Made by a program: the position numbers and the translations under genes
Shown: positions 28,509-39,448 of the stretch, in pieces
Layout: every line of letters begins with the position of its first letter
Numbering within the stretch: position 1 is the first letter of the stretch
Notes under the pieces: model-generated
The model's database searches: none
What the model was told of the DNA's origin: nothing
Seen by the model: the letters and a program-made list of their open reading frames with translations, nothing else
Virus record (IMG/VR): IMGVR_UViG_3300035034_000734
Source of the DNA: an uncultured virus (IMG/VR IMGVR_UViG_3300035034_000734)
Taxonomy: Duplodnaviria; Heunggongvirae; Uroviricota; Caudoviricetes
Direction: 5' to 3' (one strand)
DNA: 64,000 nucleotides

Positions 28509-29384
28509 TTAACCTTCCTCTCCAACGCCACTCTGAGCGGCTGCTTGAAGATCTTCCACGTAACCGCTTTCCACGGCTGCTCGGATGTTCGCATCGATTT
28601 CGTTGACGAACGCCGGACGCTGCATGGGGCCTGCGTTGACGTAGTTCAGTTCATCCAGGATGCTTTGAGCAAAGCGACGAGTGCCTTGGCTCACAATCGG
28701 GAGGCCACGGTACTCTACAGAGAGCTCAGGGACTTCCGCACCGACAGTCGGGTCCATTTGGGACTCGAGTACGCCGGAGGTGGTTGGGAACATGTTGGTC
28801 ACCAGCCAAGCTTCAACCACACTGCGACGCAGGGGATCTGGTTCAATGTACAGCGTAGTAAAGCTGTAGATGTCGGCCAGCTGGTCGGTTGGCGGGTTGT
28901 CCAGAGTCATGATTGCGGGCTGCTTGGTGATCGGCTCAGCAATCAGGTTCCGGATGTAGGCTTGCCAGAAGTTGTGGATAGGACGACCGTAACGCTCATC
29001 CCACACGTGCGTCGGCTGAGACATCTCTTCGGTGACGTTGGTCGGATCGGACTGCACGTGACCCGCACCACCTACTGGACGCTCTGACGCTTCCACGTTG
29101 ATACCAGTCCGAAGACCAGTGATGTTCTTCGACTGATTCTCGATCAGACTTTTCAGAACTGCGATCCACTTTTGCGGATTGGGCAAGTTCTGGAAGCCCC
29201 GAGGGGCCTCAATCAGAATCGGAATCAGGTTCCGGGGCGTGTAGCCGGTGTTAGACGGGTACGCACCGAAGTTTGGCTGGTAACCGTATTGACCCCCGAG
29301 CGACAGATCAATCTGAGGAGACTGTCCATCTCTCCCCCGATTGTACGCCTGCGCATCGATCAGGGTACCTTTGAGTCGTGACAT
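28509..29384 (-). CDS. tail tube protein (phiKZ gp30-like)
   Basis: 291 aa directly downstream of the sheath gene; LIEAPRGF, ERYGRPI and IEPDP motifs. Confidence 0.8.
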   Translation of the reverse strand: MSRLKGTLIDAQAYNRGRDGQSPQIDLSLGGQYGYQPNFGAYPSNTGYTPRNLIPILIEAPRGFQNLPNPQKWIAVLKSLIENQSKNITGLRTGINVEASERPVGGAGHVQSDPTNVTEEMSQPTHVWDERYGRPIHNFWQAYIRNLIAEPITKQPAIMTLDNPPTDQLADIYSFTTLYIEPDPLRRSVVEAWLVTNMFPTTSGVLESQMDPTVGAEVPELSVEYRGLPIVSQGTRRFAQSILDELNYVNAGPMQRPAFVNEIDANIRAAVESGYVEDLQAAAQSGVGEEG

Positions 29385-29409
29385 AATTCAATACTCCGTA
29401 AACGATGAA

Positions 29410-31476
29410 TTAACCGGCGAAGTCGCTGCGGCGACGTGCGATGATGGTGTATGTGCCGACGGTCATCATGTTGTTCAAGAACAATGAGATGTCGCAGCTC
29501 CAAGAGTACCCCAGGGCCTGATCGAAATCGGTAAAGTACGTGCGAGGCTCAACGATAACACGATCATCGAAACGACCTTGGGTCTTCTCAGTGATCAACG
29601 CATTACTGCGCTCGATGAACTGCGCTCGAGTCAGTTTGCTTGTACCGGTGAGTTCACGCCATGCACGCTCGGCTACCTTTTCAACTTCGACGATGATCAT
29701 CGCGTTGATCGCAGAGTTCAACACAGACGTTGAATCGTCGTACACAGTCTGGACGGCTGGGAAGAACAGGGACCGGCGGTCGAAGTTCTGAACCCATACA
29801 AGACCGGAATCCCAGTCTTTGTCGTAAACGCTCTGCGGTTTGTACGTGCAGTTAACGTCTTTGAACATGTTGATCTGGTTGTACGGCGCGGTGTCGAAAC
29901 CACGGTCGCGTGCCCAGATACCGTTACCAGCACCCATAAAGCGAGACATCTTATCCGCCAACTCGACGGTCAGAGGCATGAGGCCTTTATACTGACTGTT
30001 GAGCAGGTTTCCGGAATGTCCCACCACCAACGCACGGCAGACAGGAGTACCAAAGACTTCAGACTCCGGATACATCCGGGCAGCCGCACGCAAAGCGATG
30101 GCCACTGAAGATTCTTCTTCGGCAGTGTTCTGACGAAAGCCAGGGCTCGTAATGTCCTGAGTAGACAGAATAACCGCGATGTCTTTACGGCGGCCAATCG
30201 GCGTCAGCAGCTTCTTCTTCGTATCCAACGTAAAGCCGGTGTCGTAGAGGGTAGACTGCGGCCACATGGCGCTGTCCATGAAGCTGTACTCGAGGTCGCC
30301 GTAGTTCGCTACCTGATTTGCAACCAGAGCATCAAAGGTCATGAGGTCGAGGGAGCCGTCGCTACCGCCGGTGGCGTAATGATTGCTGTTCGGAGTCAGT
30401 TCGACACCGCCATCCGCTTTGCCCACAACCTGAATGGTGTGGTACGGAATGCCAGCGACGTTCTTAGCACCAACCAAGTTGACCAGATGACGTCCTTCTT
30501 CAACATCGGTCGGCCACTCGGGCTGATACGCTTGCTCACCGGTGTAGACCATGTCCAGAACGGTTTGCAGGTTGTCGTGGTACACAAACAGATCGTTGAA
30601 CGGACCGAATTGCTTCGGCTGAATGTCGAGATCGCGATACGCATCCAGAAGAATCTGCTCAATGAACAGTTCGCTGTCAACGCGGGTGTTGATTGCACCT
30701 TCTTTGAAGGAGAACTCGATGCTCTGAGAACCAGCAACCGTCTCAATGACATTCGGCTGTGTTTTGGCATCGGGCCGCTCGATCATCTGAATACGATACA
30801 AGAACGAGTTCTGATCGTAGATGACTTCTTCGCTGGCGGGTGTGTTGGGTGACGCGGTGGTCGGTGCCCAAAGACGGATGCCTTTCAGGTTACCGTGTGA
30901 ACCGAAGTCAGAGACTTGAAGATCCAAGATCGGATAGATGGTAGATTGCTCGCCATCGGCTCCGGTCAGTGAACCAGCCATGGACGCGCCAGTACCAAGG
31001 ATGCCATCGGTAATCTCACGCAGTACCCAACGCATCTTGTAGCCCGACACGGTGGTGCCAGTCGAAACGGGATCGCCGTTGATGTCCAGAGACAGACTGT
31101 CGTCGCTTTCGCGCTCATAGACAGGCACGTCGGCTGGGATTGTTTCCAAAGCCAAAGCGAGAGTAGACGCCGGAGTGGCATCTTCAGGCATGAGGCGCTG
31201 AACCATCATCGCATTACCGTTACCATTGACCACATTGGCCAGAACGGTTTGATGATTGGCGTATTTGCTGCGCAGATCAAATGTCTTCGCGCCGAACATC
31301 CGAGTAGCAGAACCACCGGATACCAGCTGAGGCTCAAGGGGCCCCTTTTCCGCAAACAAAAACAGATGCGGAAGGTGTGAAGGGATCTGTTCTGGGACGA
31401 CCGGAAGGGTCCCCCCAGACTCGTCCTTAACCCCCGTCAATATCGCCTTGGGGGCGGCATTCAGAATGGTGCTCAT
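29410..31476 (-). CDS. contractile tail sheath protein (phiKZ gp29-like)
   Basis: 688 aa; ILNAAP..GVKDES, PSHLPH..FAEKGP, GGSDG, YDTGF, FFPAVQTVY motifs. Confidence 0.88.
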   Translation of the reverse strand: MSTILNAAPKAILTGVKDESGGTLPVVPEQIPSHLPHLFLFAEKGPLEPQLVSGGSATRMFGAKTFDLRSKYANHQTVLANVVNGNGNAMMVQRLMPEDATPASTLALALETIPADVPVYERESDDSLSLDINGDPVSTGTTVSGYKMRWVLREITDGILGTGASMAGSLTGADGEQSTIYPILDLQVSDFGSHGNLKGIRLWAPTTASPNTPASEEVIYDQNSFLYRIQMIERPDAKTQPNVIETVAGSQSIEFSFKEGAINTRVDSELFIEQILLDAYRDLDIQPKQFGPFNDLFVYHDNLQTVLDMVYTGEQAYQPEWPTDVEEGRHLVNLVGAKNVAGIPYHTIQVVGKADGGVELTPNSNHYATGGSDGSLDLMTFDALVANQVANYGDLEYSFMDSAMWPQSTLYDTGFTLDTKKKLLTPIGRRKDIAVILSTQDITSPGFRQNTAEEESSVAIALRAAARMYPESEVFGTPVCRALVVGHSGNLLNSQYKGLMPLTVELADKMSRFMGAGNGIWARDRGFDTAPYNQINMFKDVNCTYKPQSVYDKDWDSGLVWVQNFDRRSLFFPAVQTVYDDSTSVLNSAINAMIIVEVEKVAERAWRELTGTSKLTRAQFIERSNALITEKTQGRFDDRVIVEPRTYFTDFDQALGYSWSCDISLFLNNMMTVGTYTIIARRRSDFAG

Positions 31477-31612
31477 TCGAGCCTCCTTTTAACTAACCAT
31501 GGTCAGAGTCAGATTCTATGATCGATGCCGTCGCATCTTCATAGAATTACGGACGCATCTGACCGGAATGTGAAAATTAACAGGTCATACAAACACACAC
31601 CGGAGTGTAGAT

Positions 31613-32509
31613 ATGTTTATCTCGCCTTACGAAACTACTGCTTGTCGCAATCACCGAATGGACGACACTCGCCAAGATGTAACACACTTATTCTTGGAAA
31701 ATGAACTGCGCCCGGATCATGGACGTGTCTTTCTGGTGTCTGACGAGCAGACCCAGCTTAAACCGTTTGCACATCCTATCATCATTGAAAACCCACACGA
31801 ACGAGGTCAACTCGTGATCGTCGCCGACGCACGGTCATCCAGTCGGGTCAGTCGTGAGACTGGTGAGTTGCGAGGTGGGTCGGATTTCGAATACTTGAAA
31901 CTTCGCTCTCGTCTAATGGACTTGGCTTGGGTGGAAGGTCGTGAGAAAGATCTGCTTAATGCCGGTGACTTTCAAGTCCGCGTCTTTGCTCGACTGATGG
32001 CCGAGAACTTGGGTCGTCGAATGAATCTCTCAATGGAGACTCAAGTGCGAGTTCAAGTGATCAGTGCCTACTACTACATCGGTCTGTTTTACGATGAGCG
32101 GCCTGACGACGAAGAGTTCATGCTTAAAACGGCAAAACGGATCAGTCGTTCGGTTGGGGTTCCAGTGCCCGAGGTTCTGGAAATGATTGAAGACATCCCG
32201 CCAATGAAGACTACGTCTGACTTCACCGAAACGTTGTCGCGAAGTGGAAACAGCGTCCGCTTGGAAAAGCTGAAGCCCGGTTTCCTGTACACTATGCTAG
32301 GCGGCATTTGGTTTGGCGCCAACAGCGTCGAGAATGTCGCTGTGGCAATGGAACACCCACCTACCTTTTGTGCAATGTTGCAAATGGTCTTGGTCGACCG
32401 CGGCTACAAGAAAAGTATCTTGGGTCAACTTATCCAACGCATCGATCGACGCGGAGAGCTGGGTGGGACCTTTTCATACCATCTGCAAAGGATGGTTTCC
32501 GTATCTTAA
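31613..32509 (+). CDS. virion structural protein (phiKZ gp28-like position)
   Basis: 298 aa, divergent from the sheath; PYETT and AMEHPPTF motifs; synteny. Confidence 0.6.
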   Translation: MFISPYETTACRNHRMDDTRQDVTHLFLENELRPDHGRVFLVSDEQTQLKPFAHPIIIENPHERGQLVIVADARSSSRVSRETGELRGGSDFEYLKLRSRLMDLAWVEGREKDLLNAGDFQVRVFARLMAENLGRRMNLSMETQVRVQVISAYYYIGLFYDERPDDEEFMLKTAKRISRSVGVPVPEVLEMIEDIPPMKTTSDFTETLSRSGNSVRLEKLKPGFLYTMLGGIWFGANSVENVAVAMEHPPTFCAMLQMVLVDRGYKKSILGQLIQRIDRRGELGGTFSYHLQRMVSVS

Positions 32510-32527
32510 TTGATGTAGGGACGTGGT

Positions 32528-35098
32528 ATGTTAGATTATCTCGTTAAACATGCGGTGGACAACGTTTGGTGTTCGCCCGAGCAAGACCGCCAGGCGATCA
32601 TTCAGCCTAAACGACTGAGTCGTCGGTTGGGTGCTCTGAGTCATCAAACGGTCATGTGGGAACGCGTTTTGTTGCCGACCAAAACCGACTACTACCACGT
32701 CTTCCAGATTGGTCACGTTTACCCAAAGCTCTTGGGATTGGTGCCGGTCACTAACTCGTGGATGAAGTTGTCTGATGTCATTAACACCACTACCTTGATG
32801 GCCGAGATATACTTCGCAAACGGCGTGGTATTACCAAGAACCGAATGTTGGCTGCGTTACGATCGTCACAAAAACTTGATCTTGGCAATTGAAGACACTC
32901 GGATATTCCCGGAACTTCGAGACACTGGAATCTACTTTCGAGTTTACTCCAATGCGTTCTTTGAGTCATATCGCGCCAATGCGGAAGAAGAGGGAACCTT
33001 TGTTGAAGGTCTGACTGTTTCGACTGAAGCCGATGTGTTAAACCTTCAGCAGAAGTTTCATCTGGCGATGGCAAAACCTGGGGAAGCCTTGGCGTACCAC
33101 AACGGTTGGCTCGTTGGGGATCTGCGTCCGGCCAGAATCGCTTTGGGCGATAAGATCGAATACGTCTACGACAGCTCGGTTTATCGGGTGGTGGATTTTG
33201 CTATCGCCGACCTGACAACCTTTGAAAGCACCTTGGATAACAAGCGGAAGTATTTGTTGAACTACGGTTTGTTTAACAACACCTCCATCGACTTTGAAGA
33301 CGACATCGACTTTTACTTGTACAAGCGGGAGACCGATGGTCGGATGCGGGGCGTGTACTACCATCGCAATCGCAAAGACGTCATTCGGATGTTGTCTCAT
33401 AAAGACTACGCCGTACCTGTGTCAACGGTGGATGCTTTTCAACAAACACACAGCGATGTGTGGTCGGACATGAACACGCTGACCATTCGCCTGTACGTCC
33501 GTAAGGCGGGCTTTGAGAGACCTTTGGTCCAAGAGCACCATAGGCTCTTCGAACTCTATAGACTGTCACCAGAGGACGTCAGAGGAGCTCTGGCGGGCAT
33601 TGACTCGGTGGTTGACGTGTGGAAAGCGGAAAACCTTGAGAACAGTCCGTACGTCAAGTTGATGAAAGCGACGAACAACGATCTCGATCCGTTGTTGGTT
33701 CAACAAGCTTACGGTTATAACGCAGTCTCTCGGTTGGTGGGGGATACTCCTCAGTTGACTCGAGAAACCGACAGTGGCCCCGTGGCTGACTTACTACCAG
33801 GACATCAAGTCGAAACCACGATGTATGAATACGATACTCAAGGTAAGTTACTTGGGTACTACTATCATCCGGTTGGTCTGATTTACCGTTGTGTGCACCC
33901 TCAAACCAAAATGATCGAAGCGGTCGTTGGTCAGGTGGGAGAAGAGCTGGATGTTGTGTTTGGGAATACGTTGGTCAACACCGACTCCAAATACAACTAC
34001 CGCGCGTACGTCAGCACTCGACTCGGGGAGACGTTGGTTTGGGATTGGGTGGACGTCAGTAACTCGGAGCTGATCAGCGTTGGCAGTAATCAAATTGGAT
34101 TTGACATCAATCCAGTGACCGATTACCCGGCGGTGATCAGTGACAAACGGTTTATCGGCTATCAGATCACAGTTCCGATTGCTAACGGCGTTTTGAAGTT
34201 CAGCGTCAACAGCTTTGAAACCCATCTGGGTGAAACCGAACGTCGGCTGTCGACTATCCCACCGAGGCGAATCGACGTGTGGGTCAATAAGCACCCTCTG
34301 ATCGAAGGTCTGGACTATTACGTTCAGTGGCCGGAAGTGGTGGTGGTCAACAAGCAGTATTTGACGGCAGGTGAAGATCAGGTGATCGACATCCGATGTC
34401 AGGGATTCTGTCGTTCAGAAATGACACCAGACGCCCCTCGAGAGTTCGGGTTTGTTGAACATGGGTATCTCAGTGCTAATCGTCGATACAACGTCCGAGA
34501 CGACAAAGTACTGTCCATGATCGTAGGCGGTAAGTTGGTGGATCGTAATCGGTTGGAGTTTGCAGAAGACAGCAGTGGGATCATCGTTAACAACGTCGCT
34601 AACGGCACACCATACTCTCTCAGAGAGACGATCGTTCCTATGCGGGGTGAAACCTACTTGGACACCTACGCATTCCGTGCAAGGTCTCAGGAAGTGGATC
34701 TAGCGATTGAGGATTATCTCACGTTGAAGTATCCGGAGCCTGTTATTCCAGGACCCAGTCCCATCACCGACCTGTACATGGTCTACAGTCCTTTCATGAG
34801 TCGGATCATTAACGATCTGCAGGAAGGGTACATCGACGAAGGCCCGCTGACCAGACAGTACTCCAATGCCGACGTGTATGCGTGGGCAAACGAATACGAG
34901 CACTTGCTGGATTACGATCCGCTCAAGAAGAACGTGGATGAACGGTACGTAAAGGTGCATCCGCATCGGTATCTAAACACGGTGGCGTTGAGCATTTATC
35001 AGTACAATTTCATCCAACGGATCAATCAACTTTACTTCGACAGTAAGTTGCCGTTGAGTCAGTTTATCGAAGTTACACTCCCTCAGACTCAGGAGTAA
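32528..35098 (+). CDS. virion structural/baseplate protein (phiKZ gp27-like)
   Basis: 856 aa; N-terminal YLVKHAVDNVWCSPEQDRQ; synteny. Confidence 0.7.
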   Translation: MLDYLVKHAVDNVWCSPEQDRQAIIQPKRLSRRLGALSHQTVMWERVLLPTKTDYYHVFQIGHVYPKLLGLVPVTNSWMKLSDVINTTTLMAEIYFANGVVLPRTECWLRYDRHKNLILAIEDTRIFPELRDTGIYFRVYSNAFFESYRANAEEEGTFVEGLTVSTEADVLNLQQKFHLAMAKPGEALAYHNGWLVGDLRPARIALGDKIEYVYDSSVYRVVDFAIADLTTFESTLDNKRKYLLNYGLFNNTSIDFEDDIDFYLYKRETDGRMRGVYYHRNRKDVIRMLSHKDYAVPVSTVDAFQQTHSDVWSDMNTLTIRLYVRKAGFERPLVQEHHRLFELYRLSPEDVRGALAGIDSVVDVWKAENLENSPYVKLMKATNNDLDPLLVQQAYGYNAVSRLVGDTPQLTRETDSGPVADLLPGHQVETTMYEYDTQGKLLGYYYHPVGLIYRCVHPQTKMIEAVVGQVGEELDVVFGNTLVNTDSKYNYRAYVSTRLGETLVWDWVDVSNSELISVGSNQIGFDINPVTDYPAVISDKRFIGYQITVPIANGVLKFSVNSFETHLGETERRLSTIPPRRIDVWVNKHPLIEGLDYYVQWPEVVVVNKQYLTAGEDQVIDIRCQGFCRSEMTPDAPREFGFVEHGYLSANRRYNVRDDKVLSMIVGGKLVDRNRLEFAEDSSGIIVNNVANGTPYSLRETIVPMRGETYLDTYAFRARSQEVDLAIEDYLTLKYPEPVIPGPSPITDLYMVYSPFMSRIINDLQEGYIDEGPLTRQYSNADVYAWANEYEHLLDYDPLKKNVDERYVKVHPHRYLNTVALSIYQYNFIQRINQLYFDSKLPLSQFIEVTLPQTQE

Positions 35099-35101
35099 GT
35101 C

Positions 35102-36772
35102 ATGGCAGAATCCACCATCGTGCCGATCTCAGACCCGAACCGCGGGTTTCAGACCTGGCACATCGCAGAACTCTTTTCAGGACAAGACGGGGAAGGTCGA
35201 TACGTCCCCAACAAAGACGACATGGTTGTCTCCTACGCGGCTGGTCTTCAGTTGTATCGGGTTAAAGCTGTGGACTACACAACCGGTCTGAGTGAGTTGG
35301 ACTTGATCGAGTTGAACGACAGCACTGGGGCCGACGAAGTAGACAGTCGTCTCTTAGGTGCTGGGCCTGGTAAAATCAGTGAGTCCTATCGGGCATATCT
35401 GGACACCTCGGTCATTCCATACACCTTGGCGTTTGATGCTCGACTGAAAGTCTACGGCACCACCGCTAAAAGTGTCAAGATCATCCGGGGTACCCAAATC
35501 GAAAACGGAGAAGTCATTTCTCGTCAGTACGATCAACAAGGGGAGCTCTTGGGGGACTCGATTCCGTTAGAACTGGTCTTGACTGAAACTGGCGATAACC
35601 TGGCCATCAAAACCCCGAAAGTCGGGAGTTGCTCAGTGTCCTTGCCAGACGGCGAGATCGTGACCGCCATTGTCTACGACGATGTTGGTGCGGTTGTGTC
35701 AACCAGTGTGTTGTTGATTAAGAACACCGGTTTCATTCGCAGTTTGAACGAATCGGTCAAGTACGTTACTGGCATTGAGTTGGAATCGCCCTTCTTGTCG
35801 CCAGCGGACAACCGCGTGCTTGAATGTCCAATCAACATTCCTGTGGATGCGATCACCCGCCGTGGTATCGTGCACTACTCAGACGGTTCCAGGAAAACGC
35901 TGCCGATCGACGGAACCAAGTTCGCTTTGTTCGGACTACAGCGGTTTATCTCGACCATTCTGGGTCAGGAACAACCGCTGTCGCTGATCTACTACCTCTC
36001 CCCAGACGAAGTGTCTTACGGATCGGTACCAGGCGACACCATGCACATCACGGAGAAGTACCTGGCCACCACAGTCAACGTCGACGGCGCATACAGCGTT
36101 AAGTTGTTCAGCTATCCGACGTGGATCGATGCCGTCAACGGGTATCGTTTGGAACACTTCCTGTACAACTTGGAACGCGATGAAGTCTTTGTCGTGACCT
36201 CGTTGGTGGAAGTGGCGGCCAACTCTCCGGCGTTCGATCCGTTGGCGTACGGTATCACGCAGGGCATTACCTTTGCGTTGGATTTGTCTAAGGTTGCCGA
36301 TCGGTTTAAGAACTATCGTCACCTTCAAACCACGCGGGTTACCTTGCTAAGACCGGGACTGGATTCAGCAACGAACTGGACTGTGACCTACGACAACACC
36401 AAACCTGCGTACGGCGTTACTGACGACGGGGCTGGACTGAAAGCAAACGTTGAGTTTGTGAACTCCAACCTGTGGCGTCTGACGGTCGATAACGGGTTTG
36501 GCAGCATGGAACATTGGCTGCGTGAGATCTACGACAAAACCTTGCCATTGTACGATGAAACCGCCGAGGCGACACCGCCTGTACCGAACTACTTCAAACT
36601 CATTGCCGGTGCGTATGAGATGGAGGCTCCGGTCAGTATGTGGAACCACGAGTTTACCGTCAACAATCTTCTGGATGCGGGGGAGAACGTCTACTTACGG
36701 TTCTTCCGTCGGACGTCGACTACCGACCTTCAGTTGAGTACTGCGGCGTTGATCATGAGACAGATCAACTAA
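35102..36772 (+). CDS. virion structural/baseplate protein (phiKZ gp26-like)
   Basis: 556 aa, beta-rich, directly upstream of the terminase; synteny. Confidence 0.65.
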   Translation: MAESTIVPISDPNRGFQTWHIAELFSGQDGEGRYVPNKDDMVVSYAAGLQLYRVKAVDYTTGLSELDLIELNDSTGADEVDSRLLGAGPGKISESYRAYLDTSVIPYTLAFDARLKVYGTTAKSVKIIRGTQIENGEVISRQYDQQGELLGDSIPLELVLTETGDNLAIKTPKVGSCSVSLPDGEIVTAIVYDDVGAVVSTSVLLIKNTGFIRSLNESVKYVTGIELESPFLSPADNRVLECPINIPVDAITRRGIVHYSDGSRKTLPIDGTKFALFGLQRFISTILGQEQPLSLIYYLSPDEVSYGSVPGDTMHITEKYLATTVNVDGAYSVKLFSYPTWIDAVNGYRLEHFLYNLERDEVFVVTSLVEVAANSPAFDPLAYGITQGITFALDLSKVADRFKNYRHLQTTRVTLLRPGLDSATNWTVTYDNTKPAYGVTDDGAGLKANVEFVNSNLWRLTVDNGFGSMEHWLREIYDKTLPLYDETAEATPPVPNYFKLIAGAYEMEAPVSMWNHEFTVNNLLDAGENVYLRFFRRTSTTDLQLSTAALIMRQIN

Positions 36773-36834
36773 CTCGGAATATTGGGGGAGGGTCATCCTC
36801 CCCTGATGTTTTCGACAGCGCCGCCTAACAGGAC

Positions 36835-38997
36835 ATGCACGTTATGATTGTCTTTAAACAGGATTGGCGCCGATACCCCAGCGCAATCGTTGATACGAAA
36901 ACTCCCAATAAAACTTTCCTACGACTGGCAGCGGTCTATAAAGCCATGGGGGTAGAACACTACTATTTCCATTTGGCGTTGCTGCAACCGGCTTTGCAAG
37001 GCGTGGACCCTCATAATGAGGATGTCCTAACGCTTGAGCAAAAGACCATGATTTTGTACGAGTGCGATAACAATCCTTGGTACTACTTACGGGAGATCGT
37101 GCTCGATAAAGGCGCAGGCCTTGAGATTGACGACTGTCGATTCCGAGCCAACCGCTCAAACGTAGCGGCGTTGTGGCTCACGATAGCCTGTGTGGATTAC
37201 ATTCAGATTCAACCTCGACAGACTGGTAAGTCGTTCGGGACCGATTGCAACTCGTTGTGGTTGCAGTATTTCTGTTACCGCAACACCGCGATGAACTTGA
37301 TTACCAAAGACGAGTCATTGCGTAAGTCGAACATCGCTCGCTTGAAGAAACTTCGCGACATGTGGCCTGACTACATCAATCGCAACGCCTCCAAAGACGA
37401 CAACAACCAAATCTCTTTGAGTTGCAATTCTTTGGAGAATAAGTACTACACCCACGTATCCCAAAGTTCGGAGAAAGCCGCCAACAATCTGGGTCGTGGT
37501 ATGACCAGTCCGTTTATCCACGTGGATGAGGGTCCCTTCATCAACCACATCGAAACGACGGTGTCGGCGGCGATGGGTTCTACCAGTGCCGCTCGTGAAA
37601 TTGCTAAACGAAAAGGCAAACCTTACTGCACGGTGTTTACAACCACCGCTGGTAACCAAGAAGATCGTGACGGTCGTTACGTCTTTGGTATGATGGCGGG
37701 CGCGGCGATCTGGTCGGAACGGTTCTTAGATTGTCGAGATCGCGACGAGCTAGTGAACTACATTAAGACCAACTCCAATGGCCGAGCAACTATGGTGAAC
37801 TTAACCATGTCTCATCGTCAGCTCGGTCTGTCTGACGAATGGTTGTACGAAGCACTTGCCAACGCTCGGTCGGAAAGCGACAACATCGATCGGGATTATT
37901 TCAATCGGTGGACGAACTCTTCCAGCGGATCGTTGATCCCTGATCACCTGGCAAAAGCAATGCGAGAGTCGGAGTCTGAAGCGGTGGGTAGTTGGATCTC
38001 TCAGGAGAACTACATCTTCCGCTGGTATCAAGAAATCGATCCTGAGGTTCAATACGTACTGATGGTCGATACCTCAGACGCGATTGGTCGAGACGACATT
38101 GGTATTGTGTTGTTGGATACGCGCAATGGTGAAACTGCCGGAGCGGCGGCATTCAATGAAACAAACTTAATTCGGTTTGCCCAGTGGTTGAGAGAATTCT
38201 TGGTTACCTATCGTAACACAACTCTGGTCATCGAGCGTCGGTACAATGCGCAAACGATCATCGACTACCTCTTGTTGAAATTGCCGGAGCTGGGTATCGA
38301 TCCTTTCAAACGGATCTTTAATCAGATTGTGCAAAAACGAGAGGAACGTCAGAAAGACTACGATCGAGTGATGGGTCCGGGTTTGAACCGGTCACGTCAG
38401 CTGTACGAGACACATCGACGAGACTTTGGGTTCGTTACCGATGCGGACAGTCGTAAGTTGCTCTACTCAAACGTCTTGATGAACGCTGCAAAAGACGCCG
38501 GACACCGAGTCCGAGATAAACAGTTGATTCAGCAAATCTTGTCGTTGGTGATTAAGAACGGTAGAATCGATCACAGCGCCTCTGGTCATGACGATATGGT
38601 CATTGCGTGGTTGATTGGTCATTGGTTCTTGAACTACGGAATCAACCTGCATCAGTACGGAATCAATCCGGCACGGGTCATGTCTGAACGTAGTAACGGA
38701 GGAAAGGAGATCACGCCCCAAGAAGAACTGGAGCGCCATGAGCAGAAGGAACTGATGGACACCATCGAACGTATTCACGAACGATTAAAGTCATCAACCA
38801 GTCAAATGGAGATTATGCGACTAGAAAGTGAATTGACCAGTATGATGAGTCGTTTGAAACAGGACGATTCTGATGGCATGACTTTAGACGCCTTGATTCA
38901 AGAGGCTCGTGAAACCAGGGAACGTCGTCTGGGCGGTGCCGCTGGCGGCGGCGGTCAAACCAAGTTGCTCATATCCCGATACGGTTCCGGTCGGTAA
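36835..38997 (+). CDS. terL: terminase large subunit (phiKZ gp25-like)
   Basis: Walker A QPRQTGKS, Walker B FIHVDEG, coupling motif FTTT, nuclease residues VDTSDAIGRD and HDDMVIAW. Confidence 0.92.
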   Translation: MHVMIVFKQDWRRYPSAIVDTKTPNKTFLRLAAVYKAMGVEHYYFHLALLQPALQGVDPHNEDVLTLEQKTMILYECDNNPWYYLREIVLDKGAGLEIDDCRFRANRSNVAALWLTIACVDYIQIQPRQTGKSFGTDCNSLWLQYFCYRNTAMNLITKDESLRKSNIARLKKLRDMWPDYINRNASKDDNNQISLSCNSLENKYYTHVSQSSEKAANNLGRGMTSPFIHVDEGPFINHIETTVSAAMGSTSAAREIAKRKGKPYCTVFTTTAGNQEDRDGRYVFGMMAGAAIWSERFLDCRDRDELVNYIKTNSNGRATMVNLTMSHRQLGLSDEWLYEALANARSESDNIDRDYFNRWTNSSSGSLIPDHLAKAMRESESEAVGSWISQENYIFRWYQEIDPEVQYVLMVDTSDAIGRDDIGIVLLDTRNGETAGAAAFNETNLIRFAQWLREFLVTYRNTTLVIERRYNAQTIIDYLLLKLPELGIDPFKRIFNQIVQKREERQKDYDRVMGPGLNRSRQLYETHRRDFGFVTDADSRKLLYSNVLMNAAKDAGHRVRDKQLIQQILSLVIKNGRIDHSASGHDDMVIAWLIGHWFLNYGINLHQYGINPARVMSERSNGGKEITPQEELERHEQKELMDTIERIHERLKSSTSQMEIMRLESELTSMMSRLKQDDSDGMTLDALIQEARETRERRLGGAAGGGGQTKLLISRYGSGR

Positions 38998-39419
38998 TGA
39001 TTAAGCTCTTGTGGATGCGAGCGCTTAATCAACGGAACCGATGGCTACGGCGTGTGCTGGACTTCTTCTCAAATTCGTACAGCGATACGGTTTGGATTGA
39101 TCACTACGCCGCGCCGGAAGCCACGGGACCGGGGCCGACGCTACTGTACGCTGAGGTGGAGCTTCGTCATCTCAAGTATCAGTTAGGAGGCTACGACGGC
39201 ATTTGTGTCGTCGTCAAAATTGCCAAAGTAACTATAATTCAACACACGCTGGCAAGGGACATGTCAAGAACTCGGGTGACCTGGGAATACGTTGGGTTAA
39301 GTGAGAAAGACTTGTTTGTCCTATTAAATCGAGACGTGCCGTGGATAGATAAATTACCTTCAGGACGCTGTGGTGTGGATCGAACCAGGGATCGCCGTCC
39401 ACCAAGAAACATCGAGTAG
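38997..39419 (+). CDS. hypothetical protein
   Basis: 140 aa, TAATG coupling to terL. Confidence 0.55.
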   Translation: MIKLLWMRALNQRNRWLRRVLDFFSNSYSDTVWIDHYAAPEATGPGPTLLYAEVELRHLKYQLGGYDGICVVVKIAKVTIIQHTLARDMSRTRVTWEYVGLSEKDLFVLLNRDVPWIDKLPSGRCGVDRTRDRRPPRNIE

Positions 39420-39448
39420 TACTTCAAGGTAGACAGAAGGGTTCTCTA